Part shown: piece by piece, positions 31,296-40,650 of the stretch
Layout: each line of letters opens with the position of its first letter
Numbering within the stretch: the first letter of the stretch is position 1
IMG/VR virus record: IMGVR_UViG_3300031788_000008
Span: 1-64,000 of that record
Source: an uncultured virus (IMG/VR IMGVR_UViG_3300031788_000008)
Lineage: Duplodnaviria > Heunggongvirae > Uroviricota > Caudoviricetes
DNA: 64,000 nucleotides
Strand: one strand, 5' to 3'
Program-made: the position numbers and the translations under genes
The notes under the pieces: generated by a model
Databases searched by the model: none
The model's input: the letters and a program-made list of their open reading frames with translations, nothing else
Told to the model about the DNA's origin: nothing

Positions 31296-33754
31296 TGGCT
31301 AATCTTATTAATAATAACCCAGATTTACTATATATCCGTAGCCGAGAAGATTTACTACAATTTTCTGACAGTCGGCTGAACTCACTTTTACAAGCTGTGG
31401 CGAATTTTTACACTACTCGTAATGACCAATCTACGTGGGGTAATTTTCTTCGAGCCTTGGCGGATGAGCTAGCAACCCTAGATTATGATTATGCCTATGA
31501 TATCGTCAATAAAAGTCCCAGCTTTCTCACTCCCACGGATATTCGTCGCCGCTGGGCAGCACCTTTGTATGTAAGTTCTAACTGGCCCAGCCAAGGGCAG
31601 TTTGATTTGGCGTTTAAAGCCATGCTCGTAGAGTTGATTGCCGCTTATCAGCAAGGCACCACAGTGGCAGCTATTCAAGATGTAATTTATGCCTACACAG
31701 GTATTGATATTCAGGTACAAGAATTGTATAAACAGATAGGGAACGGAGTTTACGATCAATCTGATAGGAATTCTCTTCTGGTTAGTGTGAATGTGGGAAA
31801 TGCGGGTTCAAATCCTCTTACAACTATTACATCTCTGGCACAGCTTCAAACTATCATTCAAAGTTTATATACAGCCATTGATCTAGCAAAACCAGCACAT
31901 GTGGGGTTGGAATTTACTACAGTATTCAGTGAAGGGGAGCAATTGGACTGCATACTAAGTCCAACATACTTGACCCAGCAGCAGTACATTACAATGACCC
32001 AGGGTGTACAAGCGTACTATGTTAAAACTGGGTATGTTCCGACCAATCCCCCATTATTTTGGTTGGGAAATACAACCTATTTATTAAATAGTTTGGTTCT
32101 AGATTCGAATCAAAATTTTCAGTTAGTGACCGGTTCTACAGGATTGGGGGAGACAGGGGTTACTGTACCAGTTTGGAATACCTTATCAGAAGGTACGACA
32201 AATGATAATCAACTCACATGGACAAATATTTCCCCCGCGGTGACAAGTATTGAAATACAAAACAATATAGTTACTGTTAGCCTTAATTTTTCTGCCCCTT
32301 TGAGTTTGGGAAATATAGTTACTTTGATAAATTTGGGGTACGCTACTTTTTTGAACGGTGTAGCTCTTACTGTACTCTCTGTAACGGGTAATACTTTTAC
32401 AGCTGCCTACAATTATATCAACTCCCCGCCAAATTATGGACCTACTACCGAAACTCAAGGTACCGCAACTTTTGTTTTTCCGCCAGTGATTACAGCGACT
32501 CAGTGGCTTGCCTTACCGTTACAGTGGCAGGCGTTATATCAGTTACAGTACACAAATGAGAATTGTCAATCTACCGGAATTAACGATATCTTGCGAATTT
32601 ATGTGCGCCAAGTTGAAACTCCACCGTGGGGACCGATGTTGATACAAGCTCCTGTGCTAGACCCAGCGAATCCGTCTACTACAATTGCGGCGTATGGAAG
32701 ATTATTAAGTCCTACGCTTACACCGAGCGCCTGGTCAATATTGCCTAATATTTTTGTAGATGTAACAAGCGCCTATTCTGATGGTATGAACGCTACCTAT
32801 ACTTATATTCCTCGCACTCAATTTCTCCATGATGGGGAACAGCTAACCATAACAGGGTTTACAAATCCAGCGTTAAATGTAACCGCTAGGATACATAAGG
32901 TTACAAATTTAGTTGCCAATGTGACGGGAGTAAATATCACTACTATGGGCTCGCCTCCTGTTAGTACTTTAACTGTAAGTACCGACTCTAATTTTTTATA
33001 CCCAGGGGCTATTGTTAATTTTGCTAATACCGCTGAATCTTTTTTGAATGATACAGAAGTGGTTGTACTTACCGCCAGTCCAACAGGATTTACCGCTATT
33101 GCGCCATTGAGTGCTCCAACTTCTTATATTAATTCAGCGGATACAGGTACAGCAGAGGTTACGTCCTTTCAAATACCTTTAGCTCAAGTTATAGCATTGG
33201 AAACTCAGGACGGAACATCGGCAGGGTTAGTAACCCCAACTCTGCAATCTGCGTATTACTACTCGGACGGAAATTATATACTAGGGCAAGCTCCAATTAA
33301 TACAACAGGAGCGGGACAAGGAGAAAGCTGGAATCCTGGGGAGAGTGTGTTTATCGGACAGTTGATTGTAGATTCTAATGGATACACTCAAATAGCCTTA
33401 AATAGTGGAACTACAAATTCCGTTAGTCCTATTTGGTCTACAGAATTAGACGCAACTACTGAAGATAATGGTGGTGGTGGGTTTGACCTAGTTCGTTTAC
33501 CTCATCCTATTATTACATCACAAGGAGTTACATGGCAAAATTTGGGTATGAGTACATTATCTGATCCAAAAAATTGGGTCGGTATATTGAATTTTAATGT
33601 AGAAATAATTCCTCCAGCACTTGTTCCTTTTACCGGAGAAGTAGGTAATTGGGACATTCTACATCTTTATGGTTTAGTTGCTCCCAGGCTTTCGCAGACT
33701 TGGGAGATATCGGGTGATCCGCAGGATCAAGATTTCATATTTGGGCTTTTTTAG
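31295..33754 (+). CDS. baseplate wedge protein (gp7/tail protein I-like)
   Basis: 819 aa; follows baseplate J; QGTTVAAIQDVI and IDLAKPAHV motifs. Confidence 0.65.
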   Translation: MANLINNNPDLLYIRSREDLLQFSDSRLNSLLQAVANFYTTRNDQSTWGNFLRALADELATLDYDYAYDIVNKSPSFLTPTDIRRRWAAPLYVSSNWPSQGQFDLAFKAMLVELIAAYQQGTTVAAIQDVIYAYTGIDIQVQELYKQIGNGVYDQSDRNSLLVSVNVGNAGSNPLTTITSLAQLQTIIQSLYTAIDLAKPAHVGLEFTTVFSEGEQLDCILSPTYLTQQQYITMTQGVQAYYVKTGYVPTNPPLFWLGNTTYLLNSLVLDSNQNFQLVTGSTGLGETGVTVPVWNTLSEGTTNDNQLTWTNISPAVTSIEIQNNIVTVSLNFSAPLSLGNIVTLINLGYATFLNGVALTVLSVTGNTFTAAYNYINSPPNYGPTTETQGTATFVFPPVITATQWLALPLQWQALYQLQYTNENCQSTGINDILRIYVRQVETPPWGPMLIQAPVLDPANPSTTIAAYGRLLSPTLTPSAWSILPNIFVDVTSAYSDGMNATYTYIPRTQFLHDGEQLTITGFTNPALNVTARIHKVTNLVANVTGVNITTMGSPPVSTLTVSTDSNFLYPGAIVNFANTAESFLNDTEVVVLTASPTGFTAIAPLSAPTSYINSADTGTAEVTSFQIPLAQVIALETQDGTSAGLVTPTLQSAYYYSDGNYILGQAPINTTGAGQGESWNPGESVFIGQLIVDSNGYTQIALNSGTTNSVSPIWSTELDATTEDNGGGGFDLVRLPHPIITSQGVTWQNLGMSTLSDPKNWVGILNFNVEIIPPALVPFTGEVGNWDILHLYGLVAPRLSQTWEISGDPQDQDFIFGLF

Positions 33755-33774
33755 CTAACAAAATCTTAAATAGG

Positions 33775-35217
33775 ATGATAAAAGCAACTAAAATCGCTTA
33801 TGTAAGCCCCCCACATGGAGAATTGGTTCTTACCCTAATCCATGACGCTAATCCCCGCGCGACCCTCACTTTAGACTTGGGGATTCCCAATTTCACCGTT
33901 TTTTCTATGACCTTACCTCTAGCTGAAGGGGAACCTAAAGCTATGTCAGAACTCATAGCGGAATCTGTCCATGTGCTCCTGGATGAAGTAGCCTCTTTTA
34001 TGCTTAGCATGGAATATGAAGATGCAGTAATCAAACTTATTTATGCAACTGTACTTACATGTTTTAAGGGCATGAGTCAAGAAGCGGATACATCTAAAGA
34101 ACAAGATGAATCGGGACAAGATCCAACGGTGAAAATGTTTGAAGGAACATTCGATATTCCGATGGACTTCATCAATGAAACTCAGCGCAAGGTGGTTACA
34201 GCTTCCACATCAGCTACAGCATCGTCAAAAATACGCCGTGATCCACCAACTCGTCATATTGAGTTTACTTACTCTCCGAAAGAGAAGATCAAAGCTATTG
34301 ATACAGCGCGTGTTATACGGCAGTATAGAAATCGCAGCCTCAAGCAGCAACCTCGTCCTATGTATGTAATCGTGTATAATCAAATGGGTAGACCCACCGG
34401 TACTATTCTCGTTGGCCCCGGTAAAAATTTCAAAAATGAACTGCTGCATAAGATGAAAAAGAGCAGTGTGGATTTTACTGAGCCCGTAAGTTTTGTCAAT
34501 GAACAAGAAATGAAATCGTCTCCGCTTAACGGTATTCCCCGCACTATATCTGTTGGCGGAATGACTTACCAACCGGAGTCTGTTTCTGGGGGAGATATGT
34601 GTTTGTATCACGGACCGCAAGATTACATCGTCAAGTTCGTAGATGGTCGTTCCCAAATATTCCCCGGTCGCCCCACTTTCCGTAAAATGCGGCAATTAAA
34701 TTTCCCCGTACCCACTAAACGATATCGCTGGACAACTATTCCAGAAAATTATTTGAAACAGCCAAAACCTCATATCCCCGAAGAAGAACCGAAAGAAGCG
34801 GCCTATGAGGATTCAGAAAAACTAAAAAATACAGTTCAAGCAGAATCGGTGGATAAGGTAACAAAAGATTTAGTGTATTTAAAACCTATGAAAACCTATG
34901 ATGATTTAGTACCCTTGGATATTTTGAAGAAACGACTTCTGCGAGATAAGTTAGCAGATAGACCTATTTTTGAAGGTAAGATGGTAATTGACCGTATTGG
35001 GCATAGGGGAGTATATGAAGGTCAATTTAAATTGATCATCCCACAGTATTTTATTCGAAGATATGGGGTACAGCGTGACGATGGTACTTTTTCAGTGTAT
35101 CATTTAAGAAGGGATGGAAAAGCAAGGCGCGTAGGCTTACGCCCTGTTCCAGCGGAAGAATTTCGAGAGGCAAAACCCATTGGAGAAGATGATGCAAACG
35201 CAAGTGGAGCTGTATAA
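33775..35217 (+). CDS. hypothetical protein
   Basis: 480-aa charged ORF with no recognised motif. Confidence 0.65.
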   Translation: MIKATKIAYVSPPHGELVLTLIHDANPRATLTLDLGIPNFTVFSMTLPLAEGEPKAMSELIAESVHVLLDEVASFMLSMEYEDAVIKLIYATVLTCFKGMSQEADTSKEQDESGQDPTVKMFEGTFDIPMDFINETQRKVVTASTSATASSKIRRDPPTRHIEFTYSPKEKIKAIDTARVIRQYRNRSLKQQPRPMYVIVYNQMGRPTGTILVGPGKNFKNELLHKMKKSSVDFTEPVSFVNEQEMKSSPLNGIPRTISVGGMTYQPESVSGGDMCLYHGPQDYIVKFVDGRSQIFPGRPTFRKMRQLNFPVPTKRYRWTTIPENYLKQPKPHIPEEEPKEAAYEDSEKLKNTVQAESVDKVTKDLVYLKPMKTYDDLVPLDILKKRLLRDKLADRPIFEGKMVIDRIGHRGVYEGQFKLIIPQYFIRRYGVQRDDGTFSVYHLRRDGKARRVGLRPVPAEEFREAKPIGEDDANASGAV

Positions 35218-35500
35218 CGAAGCAACAAATGAATTTAGAGTTTACTGGCTGGTGGACATGGATCATGAGACTCAATCCTGGCTAGTAAGAGGTCGCAAAC
35301 TAGCCGTAGCATGGTTGAATTCTTCTCAAGACATAGATTTAGGCGGTTTTGCACCATTATGTGTATCCAGAGTTTTTATAACGATACCCGATGACGCGGA
35401 TTTACCACCAAACGCTCGTAAACTAACTTTATGGACACAGTTAGAGGGCGATAGTATGTATGCACTGAATAAAGTGTGTCCTTATATCGGAACGGTTTAA
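35180..35500 (+). CDS. hypothetical protein
   Basis: About 100-aa ORF filling the gap; probable start at ATG about 35189-35192 after GGAG. Confidence 0.45.
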   Translation: MEKMMQTQVELYNEATNEFRVYWLVDMDHETQSWLVRGRKLAVAWLNSSQDIDLGGFAPLCVSRVFITIPDDADLPPNARKLTLWTQLEGDSMYALNKVCPYIGTV

Positions 35501-35503
35501 AAA

Positions 35504-36181
35504 ATGGTTTATAAAGAGGTTTCAATGCCAATTCAATATAAAGATGAGTTTTATACACAAAAGCCACCTATCGACTCGGGTTATATTCGTATCATGAGGG
35601 CGGATACCGGAGAAATTCTCTGGCAGCAAAAAAATGTCATAACGAATACCGTAAAATGGCTTTTTGCACGGCTCATGGCAAATGCCCTTCCTAACGCTCC
35701 GCAGCCGCCCTATACGCTAGGGCAATCTGGGGTGTATGCTGACCCCCTTTATGGCATCTGGGGGCTTGCAATAGGCTCTGGAAGCCCTAGCTGGGCCCCT
35801 GAGACGCAACCTGACCCGACTCCTACTCAAACCGCCTTGATTTCTCAATTCCTGCGTAAAAAGTTGACCCGTATCAATTATGTGGACACGAATTTTACCC
35901 CATTGAACACATTCAGTACCATGGTTGATTTTCAAACTACGGTAAATGCGACCACAGATAATATCACGCAAGCAATTAGAGAAATGGGATTGATTGGAGG
36001 CGGGACTTTAATTGGAGCAGGGGGACAACCCACTGACATGCAAACAGCTCCATATTTTAATCCTACGGGAACCCCCCCAGGACCAGCTGATAGCGTAGTG
36101 CTTATAAACTACAAAACACTGCCACCATTGATTCTTCCGAGCGGAGTTGATATAATTTTCAGCTGGATCCTACAATTTTGA
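35504..36181 (+). CDS. baseplate/tail-fibre attachment protein
   Basis: QKNVITN...GLAIGSG...TQTAL...AIREMGL...NYKT...FSWILQF pattern common to myophage wedge/fibre-anchor proteins. Confidence 0.6.
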   Translation: MVYKEVSMPIQYKDEFYTQKPPIDSGYIRIMRADTGEILWQQKNVITNTVKWLFARLMANALPNAPQPPYTLGQSGVYADPLYGIWGLAIGSGSPSWAPETQPDPTPTQTALISQFLRKKLTRINYVDTNFTPLNTFSTMVDFQTTVNATTDNITQAIREMGLIGGGTLIGAGGQPTDMQTAPYFNPTGTPPGPADSVVLINYKTLPPLILPSGVDIIFSWILQF

Positions 36182-36200
36182 GAACGGTAAGTACTTAATT

Positions 36201-36422
36201 ATGGATTCTCCAGAATATATAGATGATTGGGGGCTTTCTCCCAAAGATATAGCTACCATCAAACGCGCCGTGCAAGACGCTAATGATGGGCTCACTTATA
36301 CATTGATCCCGGGATCCTCATTGAGATTTCGTTGCAATCCCTGCGGTAGAGAAGCAGATATTGATGAAAGGCCATTTCCCCACAAATTAAATTGTCCTAT
36401 GAAAAAGTCAATACACCGCTAA
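36201..36422 (+). CDS. small Zn-finger-like hypothetical protein
   Basis: 73 aa with CxxC...HxxxC. Confidence 0.5.
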   Translation: MDSPEYIDDWGLSPKDIATIKRAVQDANDGLTYTLIPGSSLRFRCNPCGREADIDERPFPHKLNCPMKKSIHR

Positions 36423-36458
36423 AACGGGGGGCTTCCGCTTGGCAAGTTCAGGTGAATT

Positions 36459-36755
36459 ATGAGAGTACAACAAAAAATGCCCGCTCCTATTCGTATATAC
36501 ACACAATTGGGTTGTGCGCCCTGTGACGCTACGAAAAAATATTTCCAAGATCGTGGTGTACCCATTGAAGTGGTTATTGTAGATGAACTCCTAAAACAAG
36601 GTATTGCTCGTTCTCTAGAAGTAAAAGAATTACAGACTCCTATTACTATGTGCTACGCTGGGGAAGCAACTCAACTCGTTATTGGATACAGTCCGGAAGC
36701 TTTTGACAAATTTATCGAAGATTCTAAAGATTTCAAGATGCCACATGTTTTGTAG
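36459..36755 (+). CDS. glutaredoxin/NrdH-like protein
   Basis: IYTQLGCAPCDATKKYF active-site pattern; cis-Pro TP motif; IGYSP. Confidence 0.8.
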   Translation: MRVQQKMPAPIRIYTQLGCAPCDATKKYFQDRGVPIEVVIVDELLKQGIARSLEVKELQTPITMCYAGEATQLVIGYSPEAFDKFIEDSKDFKMPHVL

Positions 36756-36767
36756 TATAATGATAGT

Positions 36768-38561
36768 GTGGAAGAATCTACAGTAGTAGCGCCAACAGTA
36801 AAAAATCTTATCTCGGAAAAATCCGCCGATCTGCGTGACCATTTCCCCTTTAACACTATACGGGAAAATCAAAACGAGACTCTAGATAAGCTTGCAATCT
36901 GGAATAAAAGCAATAAAAAATTTTTCATTCTTGAGGCGGCCACCGGGTTCGGGAAAAGCCCAATAAATATCGCGGAAGCATCTTGGGCTAAAACATCAAA
37001 AGGACAATTTAAACCTGGTGCCTACATTCTCACCCCTCAAAAAACTCTAGCCCAACAATATATGACTGATTTTGAACCTTTGGGTTTAGTTGAACTCAAA
37101 GGGAGAACCAATTACACCTGCGCGAGCTGGTCAAAACAAATGGGGGATAGAGTAAATTGTGAAGATGGGGCATCTATGAATGAAGCCCAGAGAAAGAAGA
37201 TATCCGATCAAGATAAAAATCCTTCAGAGGAGCCAGACAATTTCGTGGATCAAAATCCCTCTCCAGAGGAGCCAGACGATTTCGTGGATCAAAATCCCTC
37301 TCCAGAGGTACGTTGTGGTTCCTGCCCATACCGCATTGCTAAAGATAAATTCATGCATTACCCTTTTGGTACAACAAATTTTGCATACTATTTGTACGAA
37401 TCAAACCTCTCTGGTCAATTACCAAGAAGAAATACACTAATTTTAGACGAGGCTCATAACACAGAAGAACAAATTTTAGGCTTAACGGAAACAGTAATTA
37501 CTCAAAAAGATTGTACTAAAAATGGTGTATCTGAAAAACTTCCCATTTTTAAAGATAATGATTCAGATGCGGTTATGCTTTGGCTTGATAATATTTTGGT
37601 GCCCGCTATTTCTAAACGATTAATGCATCTGGCTTCGCAGCTAACATCTGAAAAAAACAGAGTAGCATTAGACGCGGCAAGAAAAAAATCAGCACTGGAG
37701 AATTTTATTTTACGCTTGAATTTTTTTCGTTACGCAAAAGATAAAAGTGAGTGGTTTGTTTGGTCCGACTGGAATGAACAATTTAAACAGGGTACAGGAG
37801 ATTTGTGTATTAAGCCTTTAACCGCACGTTTATTTGCGCATGATCTTCTGTTCTCTAAAGCCCAAAAAATATTGATTACATCCGCTACGATTCTTGATCC
37901 CAATACTTTCATGCGTAGTTTAGGGATACATCCAAACGATGCAGAGTATCTTTCTATTGGTAGTGAATTTCCCATAGAAAATCGTCCTCTATTTTATTGG
38001 CCGGTAGGGAATATGCGCCAAAAAGATATTAAAGAAACTCTCCCAAAAATGGCAGAAGAGGTAGAAAAAATTTTAAAGTACGCTCGATATTCAACTAAAA
38101 AAGGAATTGTACACACACAATCCTATTACATCAATAATTATTTGGTGCGATATTTGCGGGATAGAGGACTTGGGAATAGAATTATAACTCATGATTCGAA
38201 TTTTGGAGCAAGGGAAGAAGCGCAATTTCAACATATAGTAGCTAGAGAAAAAGACCCTACTATTTTATTTTCTCCGTCTATGACAGAGGGGCTCGACCTT
38301 AGGGAGGATTTAAGTCGATTGCAAATAGTTTGTAAGGTTCCTTATCCAGCGCTTACGCCGTACAATAAAGCTAGAATGCAACGTGACCCTGCATATTATA
38401 AATGGCAAACCGCTTTAAAACTGGTTCAGCAAACCGGCAGAAGCAACCGAAGCGCAACTGATCGTTCCCATACTTTTATACTAGATTCTGGCTTTAGTAC
38501 TTTTATTCAAAAAAATAATCATATCCTACCCAAGTACTGGCTCGATGCGATCCACTGGTAA
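36768..38561 (+). CDS. DinG/XPD-family SF2 helicase
   Basis: Q motif RENQ, Walker A EAATGFGKS, LKGRTNYTC, CPY, DEAH, TSAT, EGLDL, KVPYP, QQTGRSNRS...ILD. Confidence 0.9.
   Translation: MEESTVVAPTVKNLISEKSADLRDHFPFNTIRENQNETLDKLAIWNKSNKKFFILEAATGFGKSPINIAEASWAKTSKGQFKPGAYILTPQKTLAQQYMTDFEPLGLVELKGRTNYTCASWSKQMGDRVNCEDGASMNEAQRKKISDQDKNPSEEPDNFVDQNPSPEEPDDFVDQNPSPEVRCGSCPYRIAKDKFMHYPFGTTNFAYYLYESNLSGQLPRRNTLILDEAHNTEEQILGLTETVITQKDCTKNGVSEKLPIFKDNDSDAVMLWLDNILVPAISKRLMHLASQLTSEKNRVALDAARKKSALENFILRLNFFRYAKDKSEWFVWSDWNEQFKQGTGDLCIKPLTARLFAHDLLFSKAQKILITSATILDPNTFMRSLGIHPNDAEYLSIGSEFPIENRPLFYWPVGNMRQKDIKETLPKMAEEVEKILKYARYSTKKGIVHTQSYYINNYLVRYLRDRGLGNRIITHDSNFGAREEAQFQHIVAREKDPTILFSPSMTEGLDLREDLSRLQIVCKVPYPALTPYNKARMQRDPAYYKWQTALKLVQQTGRSNRSATDRSHTFILDSGFSTFIQKNNHILPKYWLDAIHW
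37225..37308 (+). repeat. 39-bp in-frame tandem duplication (2 copies plus a partial third)
   Basis: CAGAGGAGCCAGAC(A/G)ATTTCGTGGATCAAAATCCCTCTC at 37225 and 37264, one mismatch; encodes EEPD(N/D)FVDQNPSP twice. Confidence 0.95.
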
Positions 38562-38595
38562 ATATTTTTTAACACGCTGAAAACAAAAGGTTTAA

Positions 38596-38631
38596 AAATA
38601 TACTTTTTCGGTATTCCTAATGTATACTAGG
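38596..38631 (+). promoter_or_regulatory. phage promoter-like motif (copy 1 of 3)
   Basis: AAATATACTTTTTCGGTATTCCTAATGTATACTAGG; 29/36 ungapped identity to 63240-63275; ends in a TATACT -10 box. Confidence 0.65.
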
Positions 38632-38652
38632 AGTGGAGGGAACAACACCCCT

Positions 38653-39201
38653 ATGATTACATCTTTGGACAAAAACAATCTCAAGACTCTACGCAGCGCA
38701 ATGGAATCCGCTCTGGAGCAGGTAACCAAGCAATATGGTGTGAAGTTCCGTGTTGGCAGCGCCCGATTTTCTCCTGATGCGGCAACCTTCAAAGTTGAAG
38801 TGGCTACCGTTTCTACCGATGGAGTAGTCAACACCAAGAAAGTGGCTGAATTTAAGCATTGTTGTCATCAATACGGCTTGAAGGAAGAGCACCTTGGGGT
38901 TTACATTACCTATAATGGGATGCAGTATAAAATTAGCGGACTATCCCTCAGTTCGTGGCGTTATCCCATCCTTGCCGATCGTATATCTGACGGCAAAACC
39001 TTCAAACTTCCGGAAAGCGCAGTTGCCAGTTTAACATCCGTTGTTTCGCCTTCTTTTGGGGCTTGTCAGAATACAAGCTGCGCCGGTTTGGCTTCTGAAC
39101 GGCGTAAGATCGGCGGCAAGGTGGTTACTTTGTGTGAATCCTGCGCAATCCTGCACGATGAAGCGATGGCTGAATTGAAATCCGAAGCAGCGGGGAGTTA
39201 A
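38653..39201 (+). CDS. hypothetical protein
   Basis: ORF 38620..39201; start moved to ATG 38653 after GGAGG because ATG 38620 lies within the promoter motif; C-terminal CxxxxC...CxxC. Confidence 0.65.
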   Translation: MITSLDKNNLKTLRSAMESALEQVTKQYGVKFRVGSARFSPDAATFKVEVATVSTDGVVNTKKVAEFKHCCHQYGLKEEHLGVYITYNGMQYKISGLSLSSWRYPILADRISDGKTFKLPESAVASLTSVVSPSFGACQNTSCAGLASERRKIGGKVVTLCESCAILHDEAMAELKSEAAGS

Positions 39202-39203
39202 GT

Positions 39204-39527
39204 ATGGCAGCTAAAATTTGTTGTACACCAGCAAGTATCGTATGCCCGGAATTCTCGGATTTTTCCGATTACAAAGTATATAATGCCGCGTGCGAGAAAT
39301 ATGTTAAAGCTACGCAAGAATGGACGAAAGCGAACGGCTCTAGCGAATGCGCCGGAGAGATTATTTTCTTTGGTGTAGGTGACGGCAGTGCGCGTTATGT
39401 CGTTTTTTCACTCAAGCCAGTGAAATTAATTCACCTGGATGATGGGGATTCGTACCATTTTCCATACGCCCATCTTTTGACCGCGAAAGCTGTTCGTGAA
39501 GAAGTCCGCAGAAACAAGGGGGAGTGA
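39204..39527 (+). CDS. hypothetical phage protein
   Basis: 107 aa; GEIIFFGVGDGSARYVV...LIHLDDGDSY pattern; coupled to the upstream gene. Confidence 0.6.
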   Translation: MAAKICCTPASIVCPEFSDFSDYKVYNAACEKYVKATQEWTKANGSSECAGEIIFFGVGDGSARYVVFSLKPVKLIHLDDGDSYHFPYAHLLTAKAVREEVRRNKGE

Positions 39528-39700
39528 TGACAATAGAAGAACGAGCTGATTGGATAGAAGCAAAGATGCAGGCTAATTGCAGAAGTCTGGACGATCATAG
39601 CTGCATTGAATATGGATTAGCTCTGCTTTGTGCTTTAGCCCATCTAAACTATACTGATGAGCAATGGGAACAAGCTGAGAAATTAATTCAATCAAATTAG
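39527..39700 (+). CDS. small hypothetical protein (below ORF-track cutoff)
   Basis: TGATG overlap with the previous stop, GGGGAG RBS; MTIEERADWIEAKMQANC...IQSN*, 57 aa. Confidence 0.45.
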   Translation: MTIEERADWIEAKMQANCRSLDDHSCIEYGLALLCALAHLNYTDEQWEQAEKLIQSN

Positions 39701-39781
39701 AGGCATGAAACGACCAAGAAATGTTGATCCCAACGATAGGCGGAGCCCGATGCAGCGATTGTTGGAGGGGAAAACAACGCA

Positions 39782-40369
39782 ATGACAATCTACTATAAAC
39801 TCACGACACAAGAAGGAATGACCCAAAACAATACCCAATGGGGCGAGAATGTAACTCATGAGGCTACGGGAGACATTGAGCAAGATTTATGCTCCAATGC
39901 ATGGATACATGCGTACACCCATCCCTTACTCGCCATACTCATGAACCCGGCTCATGCGATGATAAAAAATCCCATCCTTTGGGAAGGAAATGGAGAAGGG
40001 GAAGCAAAATTTGAACCCCTTAAGTGCGGGTTCAGAAAGTTTACTACGCTTCGACAAATTCCTCTTCCCGAAGTAACCAATGTTCAAAAGGTAGCCTTTG
40101 GTATTCTCTGTGCTAAAGAAATAAATACGGACTCAAGTTGGAACCAATGGGCAGATAAGTGGTTAAGCGGGGAGGATCGTACTAAATCTTCTGCTTATTA
40201 TGCTGCTTATGCTGCTGCTTCTGCTGCTTCTGCTGCTTATGCTGCTTCTAATGCTGCTAAGTATGCTGATGCTGCTGCTTATGCTGCTTATGCTGCTTAT
40301 AATGCTGCTTCTAAAGGCAAAGAATTAGATTTTGTTTCGATTGCCCTTAAAGCCATGGAGGTGAAATGA
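39782..40369 (+). CDS. hypothetical phage protein with Ala/Tyr low-complexity tract
   Basis: 195 aa; YYKLT...LCSNAWIHAY N-domain, WADKWLSGEDRT, then an AAY/AAS-rich tract; GGAGG RBS. Confidence 0.75.
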   Translation: MTIYYKLTTQEGMTQNNTQWGENVTHEATGDIEQDLCSNAWIHAYTHPLLAILMNPAHAMIKNPILWEGNGEGEAKFEPLKCGFRKFTTLRQIPLPEVTNVQKVAFGILCAKEINTDSSWNQWADKWLSGEDRTKSSAYYAAYAAASAASAAYAASNAAKYADAAAYAAYAAYNAASKGKELDFVSIALKAMEVK

Positions 40370-40650
40370 TGAGTAAACAGGCGGGGTTGATGCGTGAAAT
40401 GGTGTGTTCGAAAGGGGATGTAATTCTAAAAAAAGAGAGTGATCTGCTGGTCAAAGATACGAAATTGACCACTTTATTTTTCCATATCTTCAATTGTGGT
40501 GAATGTAAAAAACCCGCACATTTCGGTTTGACTTTGATGGCTTTGGCTGTAAGGGGTGCTACGGATATTGCTTTAGAAGAAGTCGCTGGACAAGGATATC
40601 AGGAGATTGTGAATGAAGAAGCTGGAGAAGCTGGAGCAGCGAGAAGCTGA
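40366..40650 (+). CDS. hypothetical protein
   Basis: 94 aa, ATGA overlap, GGAGG RBS, HxxxCxxC motif. Confidence 0.55.
   Translation: MMSKQAGLMREMVCSKGDVILKKESDLLVKDTKLTTLFFHIFNCGECKKPAHFGLTLMALAVRGATDIALEEVAGQGYQEIVNEEAGEAGAARS

Noticed and set aside
2895..36000. Numerous short antisense or alternate-frame ORFs nested in structural genes
   Set aside because: Fully overlapped by long motif-bearing genes, with no recognisable motifs of their own.
40187..40312. NNT-codon tract as a diversity-generating retroelement variable region
   Set aside because: No template repeat differing only at adenines and no reverse transcriptase seen in the window; simple repeat slippage explains it.
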